The translations under genes were made by a program, and so were the position numbers. From positions 1-49,674 of the IMG/VR virus record IMGVR_UViG_3300020045_001314: a DNA stretch of 49,674 bases; one strand, written 5' to 3'. Origin of the DNA: a virus (lineage: Duplodnaviria; Caudoviricetes). Of the stretch, positions 8,627 to 18,251 are shown in pieces; the stretch's first letter is position 1; every line of letters begins with the position of its first letter. The notes under the pieces were generated by a model, which was given only the letters and a program-made list of their open reading frames with translations, did no database searches and was not told where the DNA came from.

Positions 8627-9958
8627 CTATCTCCTATACCTTGCTGGCATGAAGACGGCGGATTGTGGTTGATTGATGCCAGCTAGTTCGCTGATTGCCC
8701 ACACAAGCGCATCCATGCGGTCTGGTGACTTCTTGCTGTTTACTGGGTCCCACTCTGTCATCTGTTGCTCTAGCTTGTCGATGCGGCCAACGTGCGAACA
8801 TTCGCGGCGCTCATAGATGGCAGCAACGGGCTCAGCTCTAACTTCTTTACCCTTCGTAGCTCGAACCTTAATTACCCGAAGTGCCTTTGACTTTTGCAGG
8901 ATAATGGTCTCCACCATGTCGCCGCCTTGGTTTACCTCAGCAACAACTGAATCAGCATCCCATCGCTGATATGCGTCAACAACAATGCCAGCCCACTGCT
9001 CCGGTGATGCGCCTGTTGCGCTGCAGTCCTCCAGAACATAGATGCGGTCATCATATCCAATACCGCAAACCACAATACCGGTTTCATCGGAATCTTCGTT
9101 ACTACTGACTGCAGGGTCAACGCCAACAACGATGCGCTTTAGCTCTGGAGCTTTGGCGACTCGGCAGGCGTCAATGTCAGTCATGCGCCACAGCGCATAA
9201 GGGTTGTCGTCCAGTATCTCAGCCAAGCACTCCTGCCGGAACATGCGGTCAGTCAGCTCACGACGCAAGGCTTCTGCATACTTTGGAGTCAGAAAGTAGT
9301 TATCCATTGTCGTGCCTTTAATGACCTCGACGTATGGATTGTTGCACAGTGATTTAATCACCTGAGTTGGGCGCGGTGTGGTTGCGATATACATCAACGG
9401 ATTTCGCCCAAGGCGGTTAATCAGTTTTGCAGCCTGTAACCCATCCTCTGCGTATTGCCATGCGGCCAGCTCATCGACCACTGAGTGATTTGACTGGTTT
9501 CCGCGTGACCTTTCGAGCGCCTCGCAGGAATATCCGGTAATTTGGCTGCCATTCTCAAACTTTAGCGTTAGGTCTGACTTGTTGAACTCATAATCAACGT
9601 TCGGGTTAATCTGGGTGATGATTCCAGATTCGCCAAGGAAGTTTACCTTCTTGAGTGACCCATAGTCAGCGGCCCATAGTGCCACCGTTGTTGACGGCTC
9701 ACATAGAGCAAGGTCGATGGCCTTATTGCTGACATACCACGTCTTGCCGAATCCACGTCCGCACAGCAGCAGCAGAGTGTCCTTTTCTTTTGGTATTTCA
9801 ACAATCTGCTCAGGCCTGGCCCACAACTTGAAGTCATGCAGCAGGTCATTCTTTGCCGATATGTCGTCAGCAAACATCCGTGCGATCGCCTCCCTAGCAA
9901 TCAACGGATTTGAGTGGATAAATTTACGGACTGACTCGACGCTATTCTGAAAGGTCAT
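8627..9958 (-). CDS. terL: Terminase large subunit
   Basis: Walker A CGRGFGKT, Walker B VVDELAAW, nuclease VGVDPA...DETGIVV and PDRMDALVWA. Confidence 0.95.
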   Translation of the reverse strand: MTFQNSVESVRKFIHSNPLIAREAIARMFADDISAKNDLLHDFKLWARPEQIVEIPKEKDTLLLLCGRGFGKTWYVSNKAIDLALCEPSTTVALWAADYGSLKKVNFLGESGIITQINPNVDYEFNKSDLTLKFENGSQITGYSCEALERSRGNQSNHSVVDELAAWQYAEDGLQAAKLINRLGRNPLMYIATTPRPTQVIKSLCNNPYVEVIKGTTMDNYFLTPKYAEALRRELTDRMFRQECLAEILDDNPYALWRMTDIDACRVAKAPELKRIVVGVDPAVSSNEDSDETGIVVCGIGYDDRIYVLEDCSATGASPEQWAGIVVDAYQRWDADSVVAEVNQGGDMVETIILQKSKALRVIKVRATKGKEVRAEPVAAIYERRECSHVGRIDKLEQQMTEWDPVNSKKSPDRMDALVWAISELAGINQPQSAVFMPARYRR

Positions 9959-10427
9959 TCAGGATTGCCGCGAACTTCTCGGTTGCCGTCTCTTTTATTT
10001 CGTGCTTGATGGCTCCGCCATCCTTTCCGGTGTGCTCATTAGATACCGAATCTTTCAGGCCTAGGTCGCGGGCAATAATGTTCGGGTTCAGCAGGTCAGC
10101 GGCTGCCCCTGCAAACTTCTGCTCTCGGATTGCCTTGTCGATTGACATTATGACGCCCGAAAACTCAGGCTTCTTTTTGTAGTCGTACCACGTTGAATCA
10201 GACAGCCCTGAGTGCAGCAGGAAGCCATCAAGCGTAAATGCTCGCATCTTTTCAAGCTTCTCGACGGTAACTGCACCTTGAAACGCAAACGCCTTTGCCT
10301 CGTAGAGTGGGTTTTCTTCTGCCCACTTGAAGTATGCCAGTGCATCAGCCCACAACTCTTCTGGACATGAATAAACGGGAGGGCGGCCCATCTTTCTATC
10401 TGCAATCTTCCATAGAGACTCAGCCAT
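9942..10427 (-). CDS. terS: Terminase small subunit (P22 gp3-like)
   Basis: GRPPVY, RAFTLDG, QKFAGAAADLLNPNIIARDLGL; directly upstream of terL. Confidence 0.9.
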   Translation of the reverse strand: MAESLWKIADRKMGRPPVYSCPEELWADALAYFKWAEENPLYEAKAFAFQGAVTVEKLEKMRAFTLDGFLLHSGLSDSTWYDYKKKPEFSGVIMSIDKAIREQKFAGAAADLLNPNIIARDLGLKDSVSNEHTGKDGGAIKHEIKETATEKFAAILNDLSE

Positions 10428-10474
10428 AAAACACCATAAAAACCACTAAAAACATTGGTCGAGTATACAACAAA

Positions 10475-10495
10475 AACCCGCTCTAATGGCGGGTT
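10475..10495 (-). terminator. Intrinsic terminator after the GNAT gene
   Basis: AACCCGC/GCGGGTT stem with a minus-strand U tract. Confidence 0.7.
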
Positions 10496-10525
10496 AGTTA
10501 TGATATGCGGTTGTGATATTGCGAC

Positions 10526-10837
10526 TTACATGCTCATTATTACGGCATGACCTTCGCAGTTTTCAACCTCAAAGCCTTCGCTTTCGTAGAATGCGACCAG
10601 GTCGGCCATTTCCATACCGTCGTCAAAAGGAAGCGCGGCAATATTGATTGTGTCATGCCCTGCCGCTTTGATTTCTTCGATTTCATTACGAAGAATCTTG
10701 CGGCCAATTCCGTTACCGCGGCCTGAGGCGGGAACCCAAACCTTTTCGATCAGCGCGTATTCTTCAGTTCCAACAACTTCACCTTCGCAGTCGTATACAT
10801 CATCTTCACTTACTGACCAGCTAACATATGCTTCCAT
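10526..10837 (-). CDS. GNAT-family acetyltransferase
   Basis: VWVPASGRGNGIGRKIL acetyl-CoA motif A and LVAFYESEGF motif B; GAGGAG RBS before ATG 10837. Confidence 0.8.
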   Translation of the reverse strand: MEAYVSWSVSEDDVYDCEGEVVGTEEYALIEKVWVPASGRGNGIGRKILRNEIEEIKAAGHDTINIAALPFDDGMEMADLVAFYESEGFEVENCEGHAVIMSM

Positions 10838-10883
10838 TTTATTTCTCCTCTTGCTCGGCACCGCGCCGCAGCTCATGTAAGTA

Positions 10884-10912
10884 ATACTATTGCATAACAT
10901 GGATGAGCGCAA
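10884..10912 (-). promoter_or_regulatory. Early-type promoter TTGCGC-N17-TAGTAT for the GNAT gene
   Basis: Contains the TGCAATAGT block. Confidence 0.6.
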
Positions 10913-10955
10913 GCCTGTGGAGTGAAAAAAGTGAAATATTTTTAGCATAAAGAAA

Positions 10956-10972
10956 AGCCGCACAATGCGGCT
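10956..10972 (-). terminator. Intrinsic terminator
   Basis: AGCCGCA/TGCGGCT stem with a minus-strand U tract. Confidence 0.7.
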
Positions 10973-11240
10973 ACTTGATTATCTCCACTGGTTGCCCAAA
11001 AACAGTAATTAGATCATTTCGCTTTAGTGATGACATCATGTTTTGCGAGTCAACGGCATCAACAACAAACCTCACGCCTCCATTTACAGCCATCACTGGC
11101 TTTCCTGTGTTAATTGATGCCAGCATATCCGCATCGTCTTGCGACACCTCAGCGAGCGATTCTGATAGCACGGTGAGGCTTCTGGCGGTTGCCACTGTGT
11201 ATGTGGCGTTCATTTGTGGTTCTGTTAAACTTAAAACCAT
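10971..11240 (-). CDS. Hypothetical protein
   Basis: GAGGTG RBS; ends at a terminator. Confidence 0.65.
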   Translation of the reverse strand: MVLSLTEPQMNATYTVATARSLTVLSESLAEVSQDDADMLASINTGKPVMAVNGGVRFVVDAVDSQNMMSSLKRNDLITVFGQPVEIIK

Positions 11241-11543
11241 TTGCGCACCTCATTTGCCAACATGATTGGCCAAAACGCCATTCCAATGATAATACCGAAA
11301 TCGTTTAACTTTGGGTTTTCTCTGTTATGGCAGTAGATAATGCAAGTTATCAATCCGCCAATCATCCACAGTAAAAAAATCACTTGCGCATGCATTTCTT
11401 AACCTCCACATAAAACACATAAGGCCAGCAGATGAGCGTTACCAGCGCCATGGCGTGCGTTACTTTCTTGTTGCCATCTGCTCGGTTCTTATCGTAAAAA
11501 TACGCTGCGGCGCAGTAGCCTAGCAGCCAGGTAATAGCGATAA

Positions 11544-11861
11544 TCATTTCTTATCTCCGCACAGTTGAGCGCCTGACTTGTCCATGCGTGGAGTTAATCC
11601 TCCATCTGTCGTTGTCAGGTATTGGCATCCTGTCATCGCGTCAACCTTGATGCTCAATCCGCTATGCCCGTCGATTGGATCTGTGGAGTCTTTTTCTGGT
11701 TGAAAGAAAAAGAACACCACTACGCCGATAACAATCATCGCTGCAAGATATGCGATTGATAGTTTAAACATCGCGTTGACAACGCCATCTTCAACTCCTT
11801 GCGCGATAACATCAGAGATTTCACAATCTACTGTAATCTGCATTTGCTGTTCTTTCATCAC
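11544..11861 (-). CDS. Membrane-anchored hypothetical protein (DAMTGCQYL...GGLTPR)
   Basis: One TM segment followed by a motif common in phage proteins. Confidence 0.7.
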   Translation of the reverse strand: MMKEQQMQITVDCEISDVIAQGVEDGVVNAMFKLSIAYLAAMIVIGVVVFFFFQPEKDSTDPIDGHSGLSIKVDAMTGCQYLTTTDGGLTPRMDKSGAQLCGDKK

Positions 11862-12166
11862 TGCACATCCTCATACCAAGTTTCCAGCATTTCACACCGG
11901 ACAACTTCGCATTCATCGCTTTCCATGAAGAAGCAGAATTTAAGGCGTGTGCCGGTATCGATAATCCCTACTTTGCCGTAGTTTGACCACTCTCCATAGC
12001 GCACGGAAATGTAAGTTGTCGCCATCTTCATTGACTCAAACCGAGCCACCCAGTCTGTGCCATAAATATCTTTCAGCTCAGGCGTGCATTTGATGGCGGT
12101 AAATGTGCCGCAAGGTTCACCGCGGCAGCGGATTTTTTCATTGTGTGACCGGTGGATTTTTAGCAT
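11858..12166 (-). CDS. Hypothetical protein
   Basis: Overlap-coupled within the minus-strand operon. Confidence 0.6.
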   Translation of the reverse strand: MLKIHRSHNEKIRCRGEPCGTFTAIKCTPELKDIYGTDWVARFESMKMATTYISVRYGEWSNYGKVGIIDTGTRLKFCFFMESDECEVVRCEMLETWYEDVQ

Positions 12167-12420
12167 GATGACGACTCCAGTTCTGCGCGCGTTACGAAAA
12201 CGATTCTATCGGTTCCATTAACCATAACGCTAAGCTTGCCTTTGTGTTTTCCAGATTTAGCAAGCCTGAATTCACATCCTGTGTACTTGATTGCGTCAGT
12301 ACCTTGAATGCTTTCAACCTCGTAAAATCTGAAATTCTCAGATACCGAATCCTTGATTTTGCTAAGCGCAAGCCGTCCAGATTTGTGCTCAAGAAAAATA
12401 TCAACAGTCATATCGCTCAT
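12160..12420 (-). CDS. Hypothetical protein
   Basis: ATGA-coupled; GAGG RBS. Confidence 0.65.
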   Translation of the reverse strand: MSDMTVDIFLEHKSGRLALSKIKDSVSENFRFYEVESIQGTDAIKYTGCEFRLAKSGKHKGKLSVMVNGTDRIVFVTRAELESSSC

Positions 12421-12629
12421 TGCAGTTCCTCAATCTTCTTAAGTGCGTCCATCAATACTTGCGCATTCAGCTTCAAGTTGTCAAGCTGAGATTGAATGGA
12501 TGGCCTTAAAACATTATCTGCGAATGTATCCGCCGCAATCAATGCAAGCGCCCGAGTTGCCGCCTCGTTTGCTTGCTGGGCTGCGATTTGGGCTGATACG
12601 AGTGAGTTGGTTTTTTGGTAGTGGTTCAT
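12417..12629 (-). CDS. Hypothetical helical protein
   Basis: GAGG RBS; operon packing. Confidence 0.6.
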   Translation of the reverse strand: MNHYQKTNSLVSAQIAAQQANEAATRALALIAADTFADNVLRPSIQSQLDNLKLNAQVLMDALKKIEELQ

Positions 12630-12631
12630 GG

Positions 12632-13150
12632 TTAGTCCTCGATTGCGCGTGATGCGATTTTCTTGATGTCATGAAGCATATCAGCGGCAGACAAGTATTG
12701 AGATGTTTCCGCGTTATTTATTTGCTCAAGAAGTTGCGCGTTGCGCTTGTGACGCCATGCAATGTTTGCGATCATCCCCAGACGACTCAATAGCGGGTGT
12801 TCATATGGCAATGCGCCGCGAATGGCGTTATCGATGGCAACTCCGGTATGATTACGCTCAATCTTAAGTTTTACAACCTCTTCTGACCAGTATTTTATTT
12901 CTTGCGTTGCCTTGTAAAGCTCAGCCGCCAAGAAATCACGGTCTTCGCGCATCTTCTGGAAAGCACCATCTTCGATTTGCTCGGTGGTTAAGCCTTCAAG
13001 TGCGTTAACACAAGCCGCTATGCGGCGAGCGTTGGAATCCGACAGCCAAGAGCAAATAACTGAGCATTCGCCAGTAGCGTCTTCGCTCATGCTAACAATC
13101 ATCCCGCGTGGGCAATTTGCAATCCACGGTCCATTCGTGTGCTCACTCAT
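12632..13150 (-). CDS. Hypothetical protein (HTNGPW...NARRIAACVNALEG)
   Basis: Common phage motif; GAGGA RBS before ATG 13150. Confidence 0.7.
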   Translation of the reverse strand: MSEHTNGPWIANCPRGMIVSMSEDATGECSVICSWLSDSNARRIAACVNALEGLTTEQIEDGAFQKMREDRDFLAAELYKATQEIKYWSEEVVKLKIERNHTGVAIDNAIRGALPYEHPLLSRLGMIANIAWRHKRNAQLLEQINNAETSQYLSAADMLHDIKKIASRAIED

Positions 13151-13205
13151 ATCTTTATCCTCTCTGCTAAACCGGTTTAAATCGCTGTATGCGCTCATCG
13201 CGCTG

Positions 13206-13415
13206 CTAGTTGGTGCCATCGTATGGCTTGGTAATCAAACCGCAGTCCATGGCTGCCTGCGTCCAGTGTTGCTTACGCCATTCTCGATATGCCGCAAGCA
13301 ACGCATCGCCATCCATATACTCACAGCACAACTTAATCACCGCCACATCGTCATGGATGATCACGCCTTCGATTTTACAGATGCGGCGCAGGCGGTCAAT
13401 TGTTTGTTCGGTCAT
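13206..13415 (-). CDS. Hypothetical protein
   Basis: AGGAG RBS. Confidence 0.6.
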   Translation of the reverse strand: MTEQTIDRLRRICKIEGVIIHDDVAVIKLCCEYMDGDALLAAYREWRKQHWTQAAMDCGLITKPYDGTN

Positions 13416-13426
13416 TGTTGTTGCTC

Positions 13427-13627
13427 CTATTTACGCATGTCAACGAATCGATCAACTGCGCTCAGTGTTTTTGCCTTTGCGCCGCCAGCGCTAAACACGC
13501 CATCAACTTCGCAGTAAATCATTCCGTCGGTGAAGCAGAAATCTGCATCGCCACATGTGAACTTAACAAACCCGTTTCCGATCAAACCGCTGTACTTTGC
13601 TGCGATTTCGTTGATAAGTGCTTGCAT
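13427..13627 (-). CDS. Hypothetical protein, first gene of the leftward operon
   Basis: GAGGAG RBS; promoter-like TTGCAC-N16-TATACT at 13674-13701. Confidence 0.6.
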   Translation of the reverse strand: MQALINEIAAKYSGLIGNGFVKFTCGDADFCFTDGMIYCEVDGVFSAGGAKAKTLSAVDRFVDMRK

Positions 13628-13764
13628 GATTCCATCTCCTCTCTGCCGCGCCATTCGCGACCTGATATGAAACAGTATAGCGGTTGTGGCGTGGAGTGCA
13701 ATAGTATTTAGCGGAAAAACATGTAATTTTTTCCAGTTGACAGTATAAGTTTTACATGTCATCA

Positions 13765-14100
13765 TGGTTGAGCTTATAACGCTCTTATAAGCTCTTTCTA
13801 AGTTATAAAAGATCTTATATCTTTATAGATAGAGATATAAAAAAGGATAGCTCTATGGCTATCCAAGGGATGGATTATTGAATTTTTTCTCGATTATTGA
13901 ATTAATAACGTGTAAGTAGTTGTTTTTGTTCTCGATTATTGAATTATTGAATTATTGACTACCATAACCTCAAAAAGTGCTGTTTTTACGTTTTTTCGAT
14001 TATCAAAAAGTTCATAATTCAATAATCGATAGTAAAATCAAACACTTACAGCTAAAAAGTTAATAATTGAACCAATAATCTAATAATCGATAGTGTTTTC
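13765..14100. repeat. Putative replication origin: AT-rich region with GATTATTGAATT iterons and palindromes
   Basis: Direct copies at 13873, 13892 and 13934, tandem ATTATTGA to 13958, inverted copies at 14016-14029 and 14073-14090; lies downstream of the primase gene. Confidence 0.7.
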
Positions 14101-14192
14101 AATGACTTACGTGCTTTTTACAAGAACACATGGAGTGCAACCCCAGATAACTAACAATGGTAGCACAACAGGAAGACAATGGTAAAAATAAA

Positions 14193-14208
14193 AGGCCCTT
14201 GCGGGCCT
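14193..14208 (-). terminator. Intrinsic terminator after primase
   Basis: AGGCCC-ttgc-GGGCCT with a minus-strand U tract. Confidence 0.7.
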
Positions 14209-16519
14209 AGTTGCTTGTGTACTTCGTTGTTTCGCGTCCACTCTTTGGGTGTTTGACAGTTTCGTGTGACAGCTCACCACTATCAACCATAACCTGCACC
14301 ATGCTCTCCACATCGTTGCGCGTGTACTTCTTCGAGCTTGCCCGCTGGCAGATGACGCTAATTGGCTCGCCATTGTCATTTTTGCATACGTCACGGATGC
14401 GCATTTTCAATACCTCGACAACTGAATCAGCGCGCTCGCTACCCTCAAGTTGGTTCCTGCGCGCTAACTCTATCTTGCCATCAATGTCGTTGCGTATGAG
14501 CGCATACGCCCACCGCACATGCTCTTCTGTGCGTAAGCCTGATGGACATGCCAAGATAACGCTAACCTTCGCGCACAGCTCATATCCGCGCCTCACAACA
14601 GCCTCTAGCCCTGACTTGCCTTTGTGGTGCTCTGCGTAGTCGTTGATCCACGCCTTGACCTGCTTAAGCATCTTCCACGCCGCGTCGGTTGTCTTGATTT
14701 CGATGCGCTCTCCGGTATGCTCAAGACGCATCGGCTTATCAGGAGAGCATTCGCCAGGGTAGTAAAGCTGTTTCAGCGTGGCGGCCATGTATGGATCAAG
14801 TTTCGCCTTTTTGAAGTCGTCCTTTTCTTTAGGGTTTGTCTCATGCTCACGGACAAGGATTGACCGCCCAATGAAACCATTGGTTGCCTGCTCGAAGTTC
14901 ACCAGCCCATCAAAACTGACAGGAGTGGTAAACCCAATCAGTGACAGTAGTGGATTTTTCAGTCCGTCATCAATGTTGCGCAGCGCCTCTTTTAAGTCAT
15001 CGCGGCGTTTTTCGTAAAACTCCTTGTTGTCGTCAACGTCGTTGTTGTTCAGCCTGTCGATGCACTGCGCATATTCCTGCTGCATGGTTTTGCGGATGTC
15101 CTCCTTAAGGTCTCCAGATATGAGTAGGTATCCAGCGGCTTTACCGTATGCTGACATCAGCAATGCGATCACACCTTCCAGATAGCTGGCCCCAGACTTT
15201 CCAGAGTTGGCAATCTTTTTCAGCAAGTATCCTATTTCGTCAATGACGAAGAATGCGCACTGATGGCGTATTAGGTTGCGCGTTATTTCCTGCTCTGACT
15301 TTATATTCCCATGCACGGCGGCAGTGATACCGGCGGCGCGATGTAGGTCAATCATTGCGGTCTGGATTGCTTCTTTACCCGTTGCGCTTCCTGAAACCCC
15401 AAAGGTGAACAGATTTGTTGTCACTCCGTCTCTGTCGTCCGTGTAACGCAATCCGCAGATGTTGCCAATGGTTTGCAGAGCCCCAGCTACCGCCAAGTGT
15501 TCACGCGGGAAACGGCATTGTGAGTTGATCCATTCAGTCACCTTGCCGACAAATCCAGGCGGGCGCAGCAGGTCAATGGTATCCACTGGAAAAGGATTGT
15601 CGCCTGCATTGTCTTCATCCTCCACGGCGTATGGCATGTCGAACGTTACTGGTCGCTTGTATCCGCCAGTTTCAGCGAAATGAAAAAGCGTCCCAATGGT
15701 AACTGGGTTAGATGATTTACCAAAGCTGTGCCAATGGCGATCTAGCTCCTCGCTGCCATTGTATTTACTGCCACGACTTGACCACGCATTCCACAAATGG
15801 AAAGCATCTCCATTTGTCGAGTGGTGAACGGACATACCAATCTTGATCCAATCATCATATGGCACATCTGCGTCAACACACGCGAGCATGTCGGAAATTT
15901 CTTGCTCTGTCACGTCCAAGCTCTCACCATTCAGCGATGCTCGGTAGTGATCTGGCTTTTTAAGCAAACACAACAACGGCGCAGGGATTTCCGTTAAGTC
16001 ACACGGGTTGCCTTTCTTTGTCTCGTATGTGCCACCAGATTTGTGCTGGCTGCCGCAAGCCACGACAAAAGTTTTAGAGCCTGATTTGAAGTCAATGCCA
16101 GGATATTCTTTCAGGTGCGCCTGTAACGCCACTGGCGGTTTTGGGCAGTCAAAATAGATGTGATACCCGCCACCGCCTGTTGACACCGTAAATCCTGACT
16201 CTTGCACAAGGTCAACGCCTAGCGCCTTGTTGAGTTTTTCGAGTGACGCAAACCCACCGTTTCGCGGGTCAACGTCTACAATCAGGCGGTCGTCTGCTAT
16301 TACGCCGAAACCAGTGTCAACCTGTCCAGTCTCAATCATCACATCAAGTTGTTCTTCGCTCCAATGCGGGACGTGCTGCCAGTTTGACATGCGGGGATGT
16401 TTGTAAATGTTTGCACAATCTGTATTCCCGCACTTGCATGATCCGTCAGCGTTTGCGCTCCACAGCGGGATTATTCTGAATCCAGCTTCGTCATAGTCAT
16501 ATATAAACTTATTTGCCAT
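14207..16519 (-). CDS. DNA primase: bifunctional primase-polymerase, PriCT-2 and C-terminal helicase-like domains
   Basis: CxC..C...KHP, VDVDPRNGG, STGGGGYHIYF, YDDWIKIGM, GVSGSATGKE, IDEIG. Confidence 0.9.
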   Translation of the reverse strand: MANKFIYDYDEAGFRIIPLWSANADGSCKCGNTDCANIYKHPRMSNWQHVPHWSEEQLDVMIETGQVDTGFGVIADDRLIVDVDPRNGGFASLEKLNKALGVDLVQESGFTVSTGGGGYHIYFDCPKPPVALQAHLKEYPGIDFKSGSKTFVVACGSQHKSGGTYETKKGNPCDLTEIPAPLLCLLKKPDHYRASLNGESLDVTEQEISDMLACVDADVPYDDWIKIGMSVHHSTNGDAFHLWNAWSSRGSKYNGSEELDRHWHSFGKSSNPVTIGTLFHFAETGGYKRPVTFDMPYAVEDEDNAGDNPFPVDTIDLLRPPGFVGKVTEWINSQCRFPREHLAVAGALQTIGNICGLRYTDDRDGVTTNLFTFGVSGSATGKEAIQTAMIDLHRAAGITAAVHGNIKSEQEITRNLIRHQCAFFVIDEIGYLLKKIANSGKSGASYLEGVIALLMSAYGKAAGYLLISGDLKEDIRKTMQQEYAQCIDRLNNNDVDDNKEFYEKRRDDLKEALRNIDDGLKNPLLSLIGFTTPVSFDGLVNFEQATNGFIGRSILVREHETNPKEKDDFKKAKLDPYMAATLKQLYYPGECSPDKPMRLEHTGERIEIKTTDAAWKMLKQVKAWINDYAEHHKGKSGLEAVVRRGYELCAKVSVILACPSGLRTEEHVRWAYALIRNDIDGKIELARRNQLEGSERADSVVEVLKMRIRDVCKNDNGEPISVICQRASSKKYTRNDVESMVQVMVDSGELSHETVKHPKSGRETTKYTSN

Positions 16520-17298
16520 TACATTACTTCCTTTAATGGATGTTTATCGCTTTTTCTGATGTTGTCAATAGCCCACATCGCCCTTAGGTTGCAAAGTGAG
16601 TTTATTGTCCTTTGACATGTAACTCCTTTCTTTAAAAAGTAAGAAATAGGGATGATGTGATCAACATGCCACTCTCCATAATTCTCCCAGCTCATGCCAT
16701 CCTTGAACGTATATTCGATCCTAGCTATGAATTTATCAACACCATATCCTGTTATTGACTCAGTTTTAGACTCCTTCTTCGATCCGCTTGCGTTTATTAC
16801 CCTTTTTATCACCTTTCTGTATGCGTCAGCAATGCCCCAAAATGACATTTTTCTGTTCCTCTTTTTGTAATTCCTCATGTATTCATTTATTTGCTCTCTT
16901 TTTGCCTTTCTCCTATCAGAGAAATATGCATACTTAAACTCCTTGTTTGACGCGAGCCTTTCCCTATCGTACTTCCTTATTCTTTCTATGTTTTCCTCTC
17001 TGTATCGACGATCTGAATCTCTCTTTTTCTCTCTGAACTCATCGTCCGTTCTCATGCGAAACCTTATCGTTTCGTTTATTTTTTCTTTGTTTTTATTGTA
17101 ATATTTTCTAGAGTATGCATTAGACCTGTCTATCTCTTCTTTGCTCATGTTTTCTTTTCTTTGCTTTTGCGCTTCACAGACTACGCAGCATCTGTTTGAC
17201 ACAAACCTATCTGCTACATGTCCGTTTTTGCATTCTTTTCCTGTGTAATAATGAGTAAGACCTGATGATAAAGCGTCTAATCTTGAAATTATTATCAT
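16519..17298 (-). CDS. HNH homing endonuclease
   Basis: GMSWENYGEWHVDHIIP...NLRAMWAIDNIRKS; AT-rich; inserted between the HTH gene and primase. Confidence 0.85.
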   Translation of the reverse strand: MIIISRLDALSSGLTHYYTGKECKNGHVADRFVSNRCCVVCEAQKQRKENMSKEEIDRSNAYSRKYYNKNKEKINETIRFRMRTDDEFREKKRDSDRRYREENIERIRKYDRERLASNKEFKYAYFSDRRKAKREQINEYMRNYKKRNRKMSFWGIADAYRKVIKRVINASGSKKESKTESITGYGVDKFIARIEYTFKDGMSWENYGEWHVDHIIPISYFLKKGVTCQRTINSLCNLRAMWAIDNIRKSDKHPLKEVM

Positions 17299-17477
17299 TT
17301 GCAGTATGAGTCCTCTAGCCACTTTACCAGTTTCTGCACCGTCTCATACTTTGGGCTTATTGATCCGTTAACAATTCTGCAAACAGAGTTGTAATGAACG
17401 CCACTCTCCTTAGCAACAATGGACAGATTCATCGGTTTTAGTTTCATTTTTAGTTGCTCAAGTGTCATCATTTTCAA
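17295..17477 (-). CDS. Cro/XRE-like HTH regulator
   Basis: NLSIVAKESGVHYNSVCRIVNG...PKYETVQKL. Confidence 0.8.
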   Translation of the reverse strand: MKMMTLEQLKMKLKPMNLSIVAKESGVHYNSVCRIVNGSISPKYETVQKLVKWLEDSYCK

Positions 17478-17505
17478 CTCCGTGTGTTAATTTTTGCATT
17501 TGATG

Positions 17506-17539
17506 TTGACACTATAGCACTTCATGTGCAATCATTCAA
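17506..17539. promoter_or_regulatory. Overlapping divergent promoters of the replication and recombination operons
   Basis: Plus-strand TTGACA at 17506 with TGTGCAATCAT; minus-strand TTGAAT-N17-TATAGT. Confidence 0.5.
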
Positions 17540-17579
17540 CACATCAAGGCAAAACAGCAACCACAGAGAGGAGTAAAAC

Positions 17580-18251
17580 ATGGGAACCGGAGTAATCATC
17601 ATGGGCAATAGCGGCACTGGCAAGTCATACAGTGGGCGCAACCTTGATCCAGAAAAGTGCCTTTGGATAAAGGTAATCAAGAAGCGCCTGCCGTTTCCTG
17701 AAAAGACATGGAAACCGTGGGACGGTAAGGAAAAGACAGGCTCAATTGCTTGCACCGATAACAGCCGCGCAATATGCCAAGCCATTGAGCGAGCAAAGTC
17801 TAACGGTAAGCAAATCGTGATTGTTGACGACTTTCAATATCTGATGGCCAACGAGTTTATGAACCGTAGCACAGAAAAGGGTTACGATAAGTTTACGGAA
17901 ATCGCTCGCCACGCATGGGACGTCATGCAGTCAACGCTTGCTGTTGATGATGATGTTCGGGTATACATTTTGACGCACACCCAGACCGATGATTATGGTC
18001 AAAACGCCAAAATGAAAACCATTGGCAAGATGTTGGATGAAAAGGTTGTACTTGAGGGTATGTTTACCATTGTCCTAAAGTCACTGAGAGTTGATGACAG
18101 TTATTTTTTCTCAACTCAAAATGACGGAACCGACACGGTAAAATCACCAGTTGGCATGTTTCCTGCCGAGCTGGTTGATAACGACATAGCAGCAGTCGAT
18201 GCCAAAATCTGCGAATATTACGGAATTGGAGAGACCAATGAAACTATATGA
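17580..18251 (+). CDS. Sak4-like AAA ATPase / recombinase
   Basis: GNSGTGKS Walker A, IVVDDFQY, KTIGKMLDEK, TVKSPVGMF. Confidence 0.85.
   Translation: MGTGVIIMGNSGTGKSYSGRNLDPEKCLWIKVIKKRLPFPEKTWKPWDGKEKTGSIACTDNSRAICQAIERAKSNGKQIVIVDDFQYLMANEFMNRSTEKGYDKFTEIARHAWDVMQSTLAVDDDVRVYILTHTQTDDYGQNAKMKTIGKMLDEKVVLEGMFTIVLKSLRVDDSYFFSTQNDGTDTVKSPVGMFPAELVDNDIAAVDAKICEYYGIGETNETI

Noticed and set aside
13873-13958. CRISPR-like array
   Set aside because: Repeats are 8-14 bp, irregularly spaced and in both orientations; no cas operon
17295-17477. Lysogeny switch
   Set aside because: Only a Cro-like HTH is present; no CI with peptidase domain, integrase or partition genes recognised
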